Shown here: positions 47,469 to 56,947 of the stretch, piece by piece | Numbering within the stretch: position 1 is the stretch's first letter | How the letters are laid out: every line of letters begins with the position of its first letter | Source of the DNA: Vulcanimicrobiota bacterium | GTDB taxonomy: Bacteria; Vulcanimicrobiota; Xenobia; Xenobiales; JADMJV01 | Direction: 5' to 3' | DNA: 64,000 nucleotides | Assembly (NCBI GenBank): GCA_050250895.1 | Contig: JBFWNU010000006.1 | Span: 315,710-379,709, forward strand | Notes under the pieces: model-generated | Seen by the model: the letters and a program-made list of their open reading frames with translations, nothing else | Database searches by the model: none | What the model was told of the DNA's origin: nothing | Program-made: the position numbers and the translations under genes

Positions 47469-47950
47469 ATTGCGAGAGCTATCAAGAGAGGATCGACGAA
47501 CACCTGGCCATGGGGGTGCCGGCCGACCTGCTGCCCGGCAGCCTACAGGCGCACCTGGACCAGTGCCCCGCCTGCCAGCTGTTCCTGTCTGAAAGCCTCG
47601 AGCTAAGCCGTTTGCTGGAGGAGCCGCTGCCCCTGCCCCCAGCCGAGCTGGTCGAACGCGTTCTGCAGGCGGTCAAAGTGCCGGCGGCCGAACCTGCCCT
47701 GGGCATGGGTGAGCGGCTGGTTTGGGCCAGCCTTGGGGGAATGATCGCCCTGGGCTTGCAGTCGATGTCACTGGATGCATTCTGGCAAGCGACAGCCGAG
47801 GGCTGGAGCGAGGTGACGGGATGGTGGACTTTGCAGCTGCCAGCCTTACCCTCCTTCGATGCCGGCTCGACCTGGCCCCTGGCCCTGCTGCTTGGGGCGG
47901 TCCAACTGGGTTCTTTATGGATATTGCGCCGAAAGGAGAAGCTCGTGTGA
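47465..47950 (+). CDS. Zinc-binding (ZAS) anti-sigma factor
   Basis: HLDQCPAC (HxxxCxxC) followed by TMs; coupled to the sigma gene. Confidence 0.85.
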   Translation: MNCESYQERIDEHLAMGVPADLLPGSLQAHLDQCPACQLFLSESLELSRLLEEPLPLPPAELVERVLQAVKVPAAEPALGMGERLVWASLGGMIALGLQSMSLDAFWQATAEGWSEVTGWWTLQLPALPSFDAGSTWPLALLLGAVQLGSLWILRRKEKLV

Positions 47951-48552
47951 GAAAAGCGCTGGCGGTGGTTTTGATTCCGGGGTTTGCCTGGGCAGCCCCG
48001 GGCCCCGACAAGCTGGTTGGGCTGCTTTTGGTGTATCTCGTCTACCTGGCCGTGGTCTCGTGCGCTGTGGGCGGAGCTCTTTTCGCGGCCGTGGTCTTGC
48101 GAGCCCGGGTGGAGAGCGCCGGTTACGCCCTCGAGAAGCGTCCGGGGGCCAGCTGCTTGATGGGAGTCCTCTCGCTGGGTTGGTTGCTGCTTTCGTTCGG
48201 CCTGGCGCAACGGGCTCCAGGTTTGGGGATCTTCGCCGTGCTGACGGTAGTCTTGCTGGTCGGCCTGGTGTTGCTTGGCCTGCCGGCCTTGTTGAGTCGC
48301 CTGGGCCATGGCCTTCTGCGCCTCGACGAGCGCGAGGCCAGCCCGGCCCGGCGCATCGTAGTGGGCGGCGCTCTGCTGTTTCTGGCCGGCGGTTTTCCGT
48401 GGCTGGGCCAGTTGCTGCTGGTGATGGCCTTTCTTACCTCGGCGGGGGCGGCGCTGCTCAGCTTCGTATTGCCGGAGCATCGAGCCGACCTGCGTCTGGC
48501 CTCGCTGGCGGACGACGAATCGAGCCGGGCGACCCTGACTCAACAGTTGTAG
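47947..48552 (+). CDS. Membrane protein in the ECF operon
   Basis: Multi-TM; GTGA coupling; paralog of 52079-52642. Confidence 0.7.
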   Translation: MRKALAVVLIPGFAWAAPGPDKLVGLLLVYLVYLAVVSCAVGGALFAAVVLRARVESAGYALEKRPGASCLMGVLSLGWLLLSFGLAQRAPGLGIFAVLTVVLLVGLVLLGLPALLSRLGHGLLRLDEREASPARRIVVGGALLFLAGGFPWLGQLLLVMAFLTSAGAALLSFVLPEHRADLRLASLADDESSRATLTQQL

Positions 48553-48604
48553 GGGGGGGCCGGCTCTAGCGCGAAGCCTGCCGGCACGCGGGGGTGACCG
48601 TCAA

Positions 48605-49639
48605 GTGTCCTGGGAAGAGTATTCGGGGAGCGATGAGGCCGTGGCCATGGTTTCGCCCGATGGCTGGTTCTTGCGAGCCAACCCGGTCTGTTGCGCTCTG
48701 CTCGGGTACAGCGAGGAAGAGCTTCAGGGGCTACGGGTGAGAGACATTACCCACCCTGACGATCGAGCCCAAAGTGTGGCTCTGGTCGACCGAGCCCTAT
48801 CTCAAGAGGAACGCCCCTGGGCGGTGATCAAACGCTATCGCCACCGCGATGGCTCTCTCATCTGGTCGCTTTTACGCACCACCCTCAAGCGGGACGCCGA
48901 AGGACGGCCGATCCACTTCTTGTCGTTCATCCAGGACGTCACTCACGAGCTAGCCACCAACCCGGTGATGAGCGCCTGCGTCCGCCGCATCCAGACCCTG
49001 CAAGAGCAAGAGCGACATCGCATCGCCCGCGAACTGCACGACGAGTTGGGACAGGTACTGGCGGCTCTCAAACTTGAATTGAACTGGCTGGAACGGCACG
49101 TTTCCGAGGAACTCGGCGGGCGGACTGCCCAGCTCGCCCAACTGGTCGAGGGTCTGGTGGCCAGCGTGCGGCGACTGTCGCTGGGTCTGCGTCCACCCAT
49201 TCTCGATGATCTGGGATTGGAGGCGGCGCTCGACTCGTTACTTCAACAGACGTGCGGTCGCAGCGGAATTCAATGGACCTTCCAGCGTCCCCGGGAAGGA
49301 ACTCGTTTTGACGCCGAGTCGCGCATCGCACTCTATCGCATCTGTCAAGAGGGGTTGACGAACGTCATTCGCCACGCCCAGGCTTCGCGGGTGCATCTCG
49401 AGCTATCCCTGGAAGGCCCCGGCATAACCCTCGAAATCGCCGATGACGGGGTGGGCCTGGCGGACGGGGCGGATCGTCCCACCGCCCTCGGGCTGGTGGG
49501 CATCAGAGAACGGGCCCAGTTGCTGGGTGGTAGCGCCAGTCTGGGTCCGAACACCCCGCGGGGAACGGTCTTGCGGGTTGAGCTGCCTAAACGGCCCTGG
49601 GCCGGCGGCGATCAGGGCATCCCGCCGCGTTGGGGCTGA
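48605..49639 (+). CDS. Cytoplasmic PAS histidine kinase (HisKA_3, NarX/UhpB type)
   Basis: PAS (ITHPDDR); ERHRIARELHDELGQ, LRPPILDDLGL, QEGLTNVIRHA, DDGVG, GLVGIRER. Confidence 0.92.
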   Translation: MSWEEYSGSDEAVAMVSPDGWFLRANPVCCALLGYSEEELQGLRVRDITHPDDRAQSVALVDRALSQEERPWAVIKRYRHRDGSLIWSLLRTTLKRDAEGRPIHFLSFIQDVTHELATNPVMSACVRRIQTLQEQERHRIARELHDELGQVLAALKLELNWLERHVSEELGGRTAQLAQLVEGLVASVRRLSLGLRPPILDDLGLEAALDSLLQQTCGRSGIQWTFQRPREGTRFDAESRIALYRICQEGLTNVIRHAQASRVHLELSLEGPGITLEIADDGVGLADGADRPTALGLVGIRERAQLLGGSASLGPNTPRGTVLRVELPKRPWAGGDQGIPPRWG

Positions 49640-49642
49640 GTT

Positions 49643-50818
49643 TCACGAAGCGAACAGATCGGGCAGAGCGGCCTGACCCGGTACGATGCTGTTGGCGTCG
49701 CTGTGGTGGAAGTGTCCCTCGAGAATGCTCGCATAGAGGCGGCGATAGTCCACCGAGTGACTCAGGTCGCCATCCCGCAGGCTGGCCAGATCGGGCGCCG
49801 TGCCGCGCAGGCCGCCCCGAACCTTGCCGCCCAGTAAAAAGGCCATGCCACCGGCACCGTGGTCGGTCCCCCCCGTGGCGTTTTCTTCTACCCGGCGACC
49901 GAATTCGCTGTAGCCGAAGACCAGCACCCTGCGGCCAAGCCCATGTTCTTCCATGGTTTGCCAGAAGGCCGACAAGGCGGTGTCGACTTCGGCGAGTTGG
50001 CGCGCTTGTTGATTGGCCTGGTCTTCGTGAGTGTCGAAGCTGCCCACGCCGAGGTGCAACACCCGGGGCGGCAGACCGGCGGCCAGAATGCGGGCCGCCA
50101 TTTCGAATCGGCGTCCGGTCGGATTGTCGCCAAAGAAGCGCGGCAGCTTGACCTGGTTGGTTTTCTCACGGTAGTCCGTCACCACTTCCTCCAGGCGTCG
50201 GCCGGACTCCAGGATGGCTCCCCGTAGACCGTGACCGGCTTGCTCGCCATACATTCGGGCCAGGCTGGCGTGAAAGTCGGCCCCCCCGGGATACTCGGGC
50301 ATCCTTTCTCCGGTGAAAGAGAGAGGCTGGTGGCGGTGGGCCGACAGGGCGTGGGCCAGTTCATCGCCCACACTCACCGAAGTCAGGTCGTGACGCTCGG
50401 CCAGCCGTCCCAACCAGCCGTCTGCGCTGGTGGGGTTGCCGGCCGTCTGCCAGATGTCGATCGAGCGAAAGTGCGAGCGGTCGTGATCGGGCCTTCCCAC
50501 GCCTTCTACGAAGGCCACTTTGCCCTCTTGATAGAGATGATGCAACCCCGACAGCGAGGGGTGGATACCACGCCCCGGCGCCAGCGTTGGGGTGCTCCTG
50601 GGCGACAGGGCCAGCTGGGGGCGAGCTCTGTGATACAGCGGGTCGCCTAGAGGCGGCAGGGTGTTGAGGGCGTCGTTGCCGCCCTGCAGGTGCACGGCTA
50701 CCAGAATGGCATCCTGGGGTTGCTCGCTGGCCAGGGCTCGTTCCCAGGTCAGGGCCGGGCCGAGACTGGCGAGAAAGAGCGCCTGCGCGCAGGTCTTGAT
50801 GAAAGTACGCCGTTCCAT
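49643..50818 (-). CDS. DUF1501 family protein (Tat-like signal)
   Basis: ERRTFIK, LQGGNDALN, RSHFRS, FDTH, SEFGRR..GTDHG. Confidence 0.9.
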   Translation of the reverse strand: MERRTFIKTCAQALFLASLGPALTWERALASEQPQDAILVAVHLQGGNDALNTLPPLGDPLYHRARPQLALSPRSTPTLAPGRGIHPSLSGLHHLYQEGKVAFVEGVGRPDHDRSHFRSIDIWQTAGNPTSADGWLGRLAERHDLTSVSVGDELAHALSAHRHQPLSFTGERMPEYPGGADFHASLARMYGEQAGHGLRGAILESGRRLEEVVTDYREKTNQVKLPRFFGDNPTGRRFEMAARILAAGLPPRVLHLGVGSFDTHEDQANQQARQLAEVDTALSAFWQTMEEHGLGRRVLVFGYSEFGRRVEENATGGTDHGAGGMAFLLGGKVRGGLRGTAPDLASLRDGDLSHSVDYRRLYASILEGHFHHSDANSIVPGQAALPDLFAS

Positions 50819-50826
50819 AGAACCTC

Positions 50827-52131
50827 CTAGCAAAGTTGAAAATCGGGCGAGGCCAGAGCCACCGCCAGGGCCGAGCGCGAATCTCGCTGGGCTTCGACCT
50901 CACGGGTGACGGCGGCCGAGAAGGGCCGTCCACCCAGGAGCTCTTCCAGGGCCCGAGCGGGTTGTTGCAGGTTGGCCAATCGGGTTAGCAGGGGACTATC
51001 GTCGGGCAGGCGCCCAACCAGGTCAAAGGTCAGCTCGATTCGGCCCAGCAGAGCGCTGGGGTGAATCCAGGCCAATCCCTGGGCCCAGCCTTTGACACTG
51101 GGAGGAAAGAAGGGCAACTCGCCCATGTGATGCAGCCGTTCCAGGTCGCGCCAGGCTACCTTCGTCAGGCCCAACGCCCGCATGCTGGCCACATAAAGCT
51201 CGACGTGACTCTGGACCCTGGCCATGCGGGCCTGGGCGCCATAGAACTCAGGACTCCTGAAGATGGCCCTCACCACCGCCAGGCTGTGGCCCCGGGTCGA
51301 GAGCCAGAGCCGGGTAAGTCGATCGACCACCTGGGGCGGCGCCGGAGCGAAGGCGAACTCTTCCCACATCCTGGTCGTGATCCGGCGGGCGGTGGCGGGA
51401 TGAACCGCCAGGTATTGAAAAAGATCGGCGGGCGTGGGCTGCCCTCGCAGGCCCATGATGCGGACCGGACCGGTGTCCTGGGTGGCCGGGTCCAGGTGAA
51501 AGCGATAGGTGAAGAAGTTCACCCGGCGACCGGTCAACAGGCGAGAGGCTTGCTTGACGTCGTTCTCGTCGTAGTGACCCCGGCCGACAGTGAAGAGCTC
51601 GAGTAATTCGCGGGCGAAGTTCTCGTTGGGATGCTGGCGGGAATTTTTGTTGAGGTCGAGATATTCCAGCATGGCCGGATCGCGGGCCAGGGCCTCGAGC
51701 ATCTCCGCGAATCGGCCTGCGCAATGGCGACGAAGAGTCTGATTCTGGCGCAGCATCATGCCGGGGCTAAAGACCTTCGAGGCGCTGGTGGCAAAGTGGC
51801 GGTGCCAGAACAGGGTGAGTCGTTCTTCGAGGGGTCTCCGGGTCAACACCATCCGTTCGAGCCACCAGCGCACGCTGCTGCCTAAAAGGGCCAGAGTGGC
51901 GACGAGGCCCGGTCCGAGCACAGGGTAGGGCGGGGGATCGGGTTGTTGGTCAGGTTGCTGGGGAAAAGCCAACAGCTCTTCCAGAGTGGCCTCGAGGCCC
52001 TGTCGCCGGGCTTTTCGCAACTGCTCGGGGGTGGCGCCAAAGCCTGCTCGGCGTAATAGATGGGCGGTGTTACCCTGGTCATGAGGCGACAAGAGCAAGC
52101 ACCCCCCCTCCCAGTCCGGCCAGACAGACAC
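50827..52131 (-). CDS. DUF1800 family protein
   Basis: HLLRRAGFG, LFWHRHFAT, NENFARELLELFTVG, PPSVKGW; start uncertain. Confidence 0.9.
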   Translation of the reverse strand: MSVWPDWEGGCLLLSPHDQGNTAHLLRRAGFGATPEQLRKARRQGLEATLEELLAFPQQPDQQPDPPPYPVLGPGLVATLALLGSSVRWWLERMVLTRRPLEERLTLFWHRHFATSASKVFSPGMMLRQNQTLRRHCAGRFAEMLEALARDPAMLEYLDLNKNSRQHPNENFARELLELFTVGRGHYDENDVKQASRLLTGRRVNFFTYRFHLDPATQDTGPVRIMGLRGQPTPADLFQYLAVHPATARRITTRMWEEFAFAPAPPQVVDRLTRLWLSTRGHSLAVVRAIFRSPEFYGAQARMARVQSHVELYVASMRALGLTKVAWRDLERLHHMGELPFFPPSVKGWAQGLAWIHPSALLGRIELTFDLVGRLPDDSPLLTRLANLQQPARALEELLGGRPFSAAVTREVEAQRDSRSALAVALASPDFQLC

Positions 52132-52642
52132 CCAGGGCCAACAGCCAGCCGAGAACCGGAACCATCATCGTGCCCATCAGCACCGCTGTGCCCCAGATAA
52201 TCTGGGCGTTCTTCGAGCCGGACGGCTCGAGCCGGCGCCCTACCAGCGTGGCGCAAACGGCGGGAAGCCCCACCAGCATGGCGATCAGCGTCAGCATGAG
52301 CACGAAGAGTCCGGCCACGGGTGCCAGGGCGGTGAAGCGACAGGTGTTCCAGATCAACACCAGCATCATCACGGAAAGCAGGCCCGCCAGGCAGGCCCGC
52401 AGCGGGTGGCCCTCGGCCGCGTCGATGGCTTTCTCGATAGGCCTTTCCCAGAGCGCGGCCTCGAGCAGGTTGAGAGCGGCCATGCCGGCCAGGCTGGTCA
52501 GGGCGATTCCGGCCAGGGCCGGGGGCGCCCCCGCCCTGGCCAGGAGCGCCCCTCCCAGGGCGCCGAGCCCAAGGATGACGAGGCCCATGGGCAGTCGCCG
52601 GGTTGGGCGAACGGGTTGCTGTAGCGTCATTGTCGCATCCAT
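52079..52642 (-). CDS. Membrane protein, paralog of the ECF-operon gene at 47947
   Basis: Shares the P..CL.G.LS, GLPA and P.LG.LL pattern; GGAGGTG RBS. Confidence 0.7.
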   Translation of the reverse strand: MDATMTLQQPVRPTRRLPMGLVILGLGALGGALLARAGAPPALAGIALTSLAGMAALNLLEAALWERPIEKAIDAAEGHPLRACLAGLLSVMMLVLIWNTCRFTALAPVAGLFVLMLTLIAMLVGLPAVCATLVGRRLEPSGSKNAQIIWGTAVLMGTMMVPVLGWLLALGVCLAGLGGGVLALVAS

Positions 52643-52661
52643 TTTGTGCACCTCCACCCCC

Positions 52662-52689
52662 ACAACCGGGGAGGCCACCTTTGGTTGCA
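52662..52689 (-). promoter_or_regulatory. Putative ECF sigma promoter
   Basis: TGCAAC-N16-GGTTGT on the minus strand. Confidence 0.6.
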
Positions 52690-52693
52690 ACTT

Positions 52694-54397
52694 TTAGGGA
52701 ACTACAGCAAAAGAGGTGACGGTAGCGTTGTCGATGTTGGGAACGTAGACGAATTTGCCGGTCGGGTCGGCCACCGTCTGGCGGGGCGGGCCGCCGCTGA
52801 GGAAAGGTGAGCCAGAGATAGCCGTCAGGCCGCCCGCACCGTCGATCGAGAAGACGGAAACACTATTCGAGCCGTCTTTATTGAGGACGTAAAGGAATTG
52901 ACCGTCGGCCGAGATACCGACGCCGTTGACGAAGGTGCCCTGACTGGCAAAGGGCGAGCCCGGCAGCGGTTGCAAGGCTCCGTTGGCATCCAACGAGAAT
53001 CCGAGGATGGTGGTGCTGCGGGTGCTGATGTAGGCGAACTGGCCGTTGGGAGTCAGGGCGATGCTGTTGACGCCCGGGGCGACGGGGATCGAAGGCCCGC
53101 TCACCGGGGTGAGGGCGCCGTTGGCGGCCACCGAGAAGGCCTGACCCCCCGAGGTGTAAAGGCGGTCGCCGGCGGCATTGAAGGCCAGTTCTACCGTTTG
53201 CCCCCCCGAGGGGACCACGGCGAGTGGGGTCGGCGCTCCATTGGCTGCCAAGGAGAAGCTGCTGACGTCGCTGCTGCCGAAGTTGGCCGTGTAAAGGACC
53301 GACAGGAAAGGGTGCAACGCCGAGCCCAGGCTGTTGAGACCGCCGGTAGCTATCGGGCTACCCAGGGGAGTCAAGCTGCCGTCGCTGGCGATGGAGAAGG
53401 TGGCCAGCATGTCGCCGGCCACGTAGGCTGTCTGGCCGTTGGGGCTGATGGTGACCGAGCCGGGTCCGGTGGTGATGGAGGCAAAGGGAGAGCCGCTGAT
53501 CTCGGCAAGGTTGCCGTTGTTGGTGGCAAAAACGCTGATGTCGGCGGAAGTGAAGTTGGGCACATAGAGGAACCTGCCGTCGGGCGAGAGAGCGCTCAGG
53601 TTGGGAGTGATCCCGGTGGGCACGGTGGTGATGGGGACCAGGGCGCCGCTGGCCAGGCCGCTGAAGACCGGAAAAGTAGAGCTGTCGCTCGACGGGATGC
53701 CGTCACTGGAGGCGGTGTACACAAAGCCACTGCCGGCCGTGTCGAGGAGCAGATCGGTGAAGGTAGCCACGCCACCGTTGGTGGTGCGAGTGACGGTGCC
53801 GCCCAGATTGGCCGAAGGCGAGCTGCTAGCCAGGGTGAGGGTGACATCGACGGGTGGATAGGCGACGGGCAGTCCGTTCTGGTCCTGGAGTTGGACCTGC
53901 ACCGGGTCGATGACCCGGCCCACGCTGGCATTGGGCAGGCTGAGAAAGGCCAGCGAAAGATGGCTGGGCATGGTGAGATCGAAACTGGCCGAACTGGTCT
54001 GGCCGGCCAGCACCTCGACCCCCACCCGGTCAAGAAACACTCTCTGGCCACTCGTGTTGAGCGCCGAAAGAATCAGAAAGATCGGTCCGGGAGGCAGGTT
54101 GTCGATGGTCACGACCTGTTGGCTCAAATCGGGATCGATGGTCACCAGGGTCTGGCCGACCAGCGGGTTCTGCTGGCTGGTGTCGGTCACGTCAAAAGCC
54201 AGGCTGGCAATGGAACCGCTGGCTTGAGCCAGCACCCGCGGAGTGGCCGGCAGCGTGACCTGCAGCGATAATCGCCCGAGGGTGGAGTCGCGGGGGCCAG
54301 GACCGGCGCTGGGCGTGCCTCCCGAGCTGGCGCCTCCGCCCCCACAAGCCGTCAGGCAGAGCAATAACAAGATCGACAACCAGCACTTCGCCAACAT
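52694..54397 (-). CDS. Lipoprotein with Ig-like domains and a lactonase-type beta-propeller
   Basis: Lipobox LTAC; repeated SPDGRFLYV and GSPF blades. Confidence 0.8.
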   Translation of the reverse strand: MLAKCWLSILLLLCLTACGGGGASSGGTPSAGPGPRDSTLGRLSLQVTLPATPRVLAQASGSIASLAFDVTDTSQQNPLVGQTLVTIDPDLSQQVVTIDNLPPGPIFLILSALNTSGQRVFLDRVGVEVLAGQTSSASFDLTMPSHLSLAFLSLPNASVGRVIDPVQVQLQDQNGLPVAYPPVDVTLTLASSSPSANLGGTVTRTTNGGVATFTDLLLDTAGSGFVYTASSDGIPSSDSSTFPVFSGLASGALVPITTVPTGITPNLSALSPDGRFLYVPNFTSADISVFATNNGNLAEISGSPFASITTGPGSVTISPNGQTAYVAGDMLATFSIASDGSLTPLGSPIATGGLNSLGSALHPFLSVLYTANFGSSDVSSFSLAANGAPTPLAVVPSGGQTVELAFNAAGDRLYTSGGQAFSVAANGALTPVSGPSIPVAPGVNSIALTPNGQFAYISTRSTTILGFSLDANGALQPLPGSPFASQGTFVNGVGISADGQFLYVLNKDGSNSVSVFSIDGAGGLTAISGSPFLSGGPPRQTVADPTGKFVYVPNIDNATVTSFAVVP

Positions 54398-54412
54398 GCA
54401 GCCGCTTTCGTG

Positions 54413-56218
54413 TTAGTTCAGGCCTGTCCTTTCAGGCACGACATAGTCGGTTACGGGGCGGTCGCCACCCACGGCTGGATCGAAGACATCCGGCATGGTT
54501 GGTTTGACCGAGTCACGCAGGCGACGAATCTCGTCTTTGAGAGCCGATAGTTGGTGCGAGTCTTGAGTGGCCTGCCAGTCGTCGACGGCCCGCACGAACT
54601 CTGAAGCCGGCCAGACCATTCCACCGGCTTGATTTCGCATGGTGACGAACTCGTCGGCGGTATGCTCGATGAAGTCGCGGTAGTAGTTAACCAGGGTCAT
54701 GGAGACTTTCTCGGCCACGGTGGTCAGGTTGCGAATGTCCCGATCAACGTTTTCAGTGTTGGCCAGCTGGGCTTTTTCGACGTTGATAGGGCCCGTCTGG
54801 GGGCCCATTCCCACCTGGGTCACGGCCTCTCGGGCCAGGCCGGTAATGTGGTCGAGGTCGTTGCCGGGCCCGGCGCTGATGTGCTTGCGGCCGAAGAGAT
54901 ACTCGGCCGAGCGTCCGCCATAGTTGGACGCGATCTCGGCAAAGTAATACTCGAAGGTCTTGCTCGGATTGCCGCTGTATTTGAGAGAAACCGAGGCCGA
55001 TGACTCACCGCGCGCCTCCATCACCAGTTGGTCGATGGCCTGGGGGCGCGCCCAGGGTTGCTGGTCTTGCTCGGCCAGCTGGTCGAAGAAATTGCGGATC
55101 AGAGCGTGGCCTACCTCGTGGGCCACGGACAGCCGGAAGAACCAATCGGGGGTCTTGGCCGCCTGGGCCGGGCCATAGAAGTGATCGAGCTTGGCCTGAT
55201 TGATGTCCTGTCCGGTAATGCTAGGGCCGGTCGACTTCTCGGAGGCTCGAGTCATGATCGAGCGCAGTTCGCCGATGGTGCGCCCGGCCGTGCTGTCGGC
55301 CAGCTCGCGTAAAGACTGCTCGGGGGTCTCGAGTTGCCAGCGCTGATTCTCGACCAGCTTGGACAAGATGTCGAGCCGCTCGTCACTGTTCTGAGGGTTC
55401 TTGACGAACAGTTCGCGGCCCAGCTTGTTGCCGGCGGTGATGTCGAGGGTATCCTTGCGGCTGGTGGTGCCCACCACCAGGATGTGAAGGTCTTTGTCCT
55501 GGGCAACCCGATCCATCTCTTGCGAAAAGCGAGCCAGCATGGCCGAGCCGCCCGGGTTGGAGGAGTCGCGGATGGGAAACAGCGCGTCCACATCCTCGAT
55601 GACGATGGCCACCGTCCGGTTGGGGCTGGCGGCGGCTTTTTCGCGGGCATGCCGAAACAGGTTGGCCAGCCGGTCGACGCCGTTGCCGGCTCCATCGACG
55701 GGGTTCTTCAGGGCAAACTCTCCGGCCGGGGCATCGATGACGGGAATCTGGCGTTTCTCGCACTCGCCGGCAAAGCCTCGCATCAGGTGGGTCTTGCCGC
55801 TCTGGCTCCAGCCGAAGACCAGAAAACCGGGGGTTGGCCAGCTCTGTCCCTGGTCGAAGCTGCCCAGCGCCTGACGCAGTTGGGCTTTGGGTCCTTCGAG
55901 GCCCCCCACCGCGTCGAGCGTATAGCCCTGGCTGGAAAAGCTGGGAAAGCTTGGAGCGCTGCAAACCGTCTGACTGAGAGCCGCTCCCAGGGCGCCCATG
56001 ATCTGACCCGCCAGGCCGGCCTCGACCAGCTTGTTGGCCAGGTTCAGCAGTTGTTCTGCGGGAAGCGACGGTGGGGGAGGAGACGGACCGCCGACCAGTT
56101 GGGCTGAATCGGTGGAGGCAGCCAGGGGGTTGGCGGGGCCGTTGGGCGGCAGCACCGATGCCGCCCGTTGTGGGAGCGGTAGGGCTGGCTTAAAAGGACC
56201 TGGGCGAGTCACGTCCAC
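54413..56218 (-). CDS. Soluble FtsH-like protein (degenerate AAA + M41 peptidase)
   Basis: VGGLEGPK, GWSQSGKT, IEDVD, HEVGH, GGRSAE, GPGNDL, GMG; no TM; start uncertain (56218 or 56236). Confidence 0.75.
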   Translation of the reverse strand: MDVTRPGPFKPALPLPQRAASVLPPNGPANPLAASTDSAQLVGGPSPPPPSLPAEQLLNLANKLVEAGLAGQIMGALGAALSQTVCSAPSFPSFSSQGYTLDAVGGLEGPKAQLRQALGSFDQGQSWPTPGFLVFGWSQSGKTHLMRGFAGECEKRQIPVIDAPAGEFALKNPVDGAGNGVDRLANLFRHAREKAAASPNRTVAIVIEDVDALFPIRDSSNPGGSAMLARFSQEMDRVAQDKDLHILVVGTTSRKDTLDITAGNKLGRELFVKNPQNSDERLDILSKLVENQRWQLETPEQSLRELADSTAGRTIGELRSIMTRASEKSTGPSITGQDINQAKLDHFYGPAQAAKTPDWFFRLSVAHEVGHALIRNFFDQLAEQDQQPWARPQAIDQLVMEARGESSASVSLKYSGNPSKTFEYYFAEIASNYGGRSAEYLFGRKHISAGPGNDLDHITGLAREAVTQVGMGPQTGPINVEKAQLANTENVDRDIRNLTTVAEKVSMTLVNYYRDFIEHTADEFVTMRNQAGGMVWPASEFVRAVDDWQATQDSHQLSALKDEIRRLRDSVKPTMPDVFDPAVGGDRPVTDYVVPERTGLN

Positions 56219-56323
56219 CGCGTAAAAGTTTAGCACAGGGGGGGAGAGCCGGTCCAGCAGAAATATGCTAACATAGGGACATCTCGGGCAAACTTACGCC
56301 GGGGCCTCGGAGGGGAGCATGTC

Positions 56324-56902
56324 GTGAAGAGAAACCGCGGACTTCTAGAACTCTCGTTGGTGATGTTGCTGGTCGCGTCAGCCGCCTGGTGGGTCTCTCA
56401 GCGCCCAGGTCAGCCGTCCTTACAAGAGCGACAGCAAGGGTGGAAACAGCACTTCTCCCAGAGCTTCGAGGCTATCCGCCAGGAGGATTATGCCCGAGCC
56501 GAACGCCATCTCGAGCAAGCCCGCGCACTGGCTGTGGATTTTCCGGCCAACGACCGCAGTCTGGCCGAGACCTATGACGACATGGGTCTGCTCTATTATA
56601 AGACCCAACGCTTGGAACAATGCCGCCAGGCTCAAGTATCGGCTATCACCGCGCTGCTCCTGGCCGGCGGTCCCGAGGACCCTGAACTGGAACTCTATCT
56701 CGACCGGTTCGGTTATGTTGCCGGCGATATCAGCGACTTGAAAGAGGTTCCGGCCCGCATCTTCAAGCTGGGAGTCTATCCCGTCAGCGGCCCACGGCTT
56801 GAAGTGGAAGGCAAGTTGTTGTTCGACGCTTATCAGGCTCGCGGTGATTCAGAATCGGCCCGCCTGGTCGAGGTCTACCTGCACTCCGCCCCTACAAGTT
56901 AA
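56324..56902 (+). CDS. Membrane-anchored TPR-like protein
   Basis: N-terminal TM; AERHLEQARALA..LAETYDDMGLLY. Confidence 0.65.
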   Translation: MKRNRGLLELSLVMLLVASAAWWVSQRPGQPSLQERQQGWKQHFSQSFEAIRQEDYARAERHLEQARALAVDFPANDRSLAETYDDMGLLYYKTQRLEQCRQAQVSAITALLLAGGPEDPELELYLDRFGYVAGDISDLKEVPARIFKLGVYPVSGPRLEVEGKLLFDAYQARGDSESARLVEVYLHSAPTS

Positions 56903-56941
56903 CCTGGTTGTAACCAGCCACCGCGGCGCCCGGGCCAGACT
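56899..56941 (+). promoter_or_regulatory. Conserved promoter, site D (AAC-repeat motif), leaderless
   Basis: TTAAC-ctggtt-GTAAC-N21-CAGACT-N6-ATG. Confidence 0.65.
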
Positions 56942-56947
56942 GTGGCC

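Noticed and set aside
56227-56271. AAC-repeat promoter upstream of the FtsH-like gene
   Set aside because: The pentamers at the required N21/N6 positions do not match.
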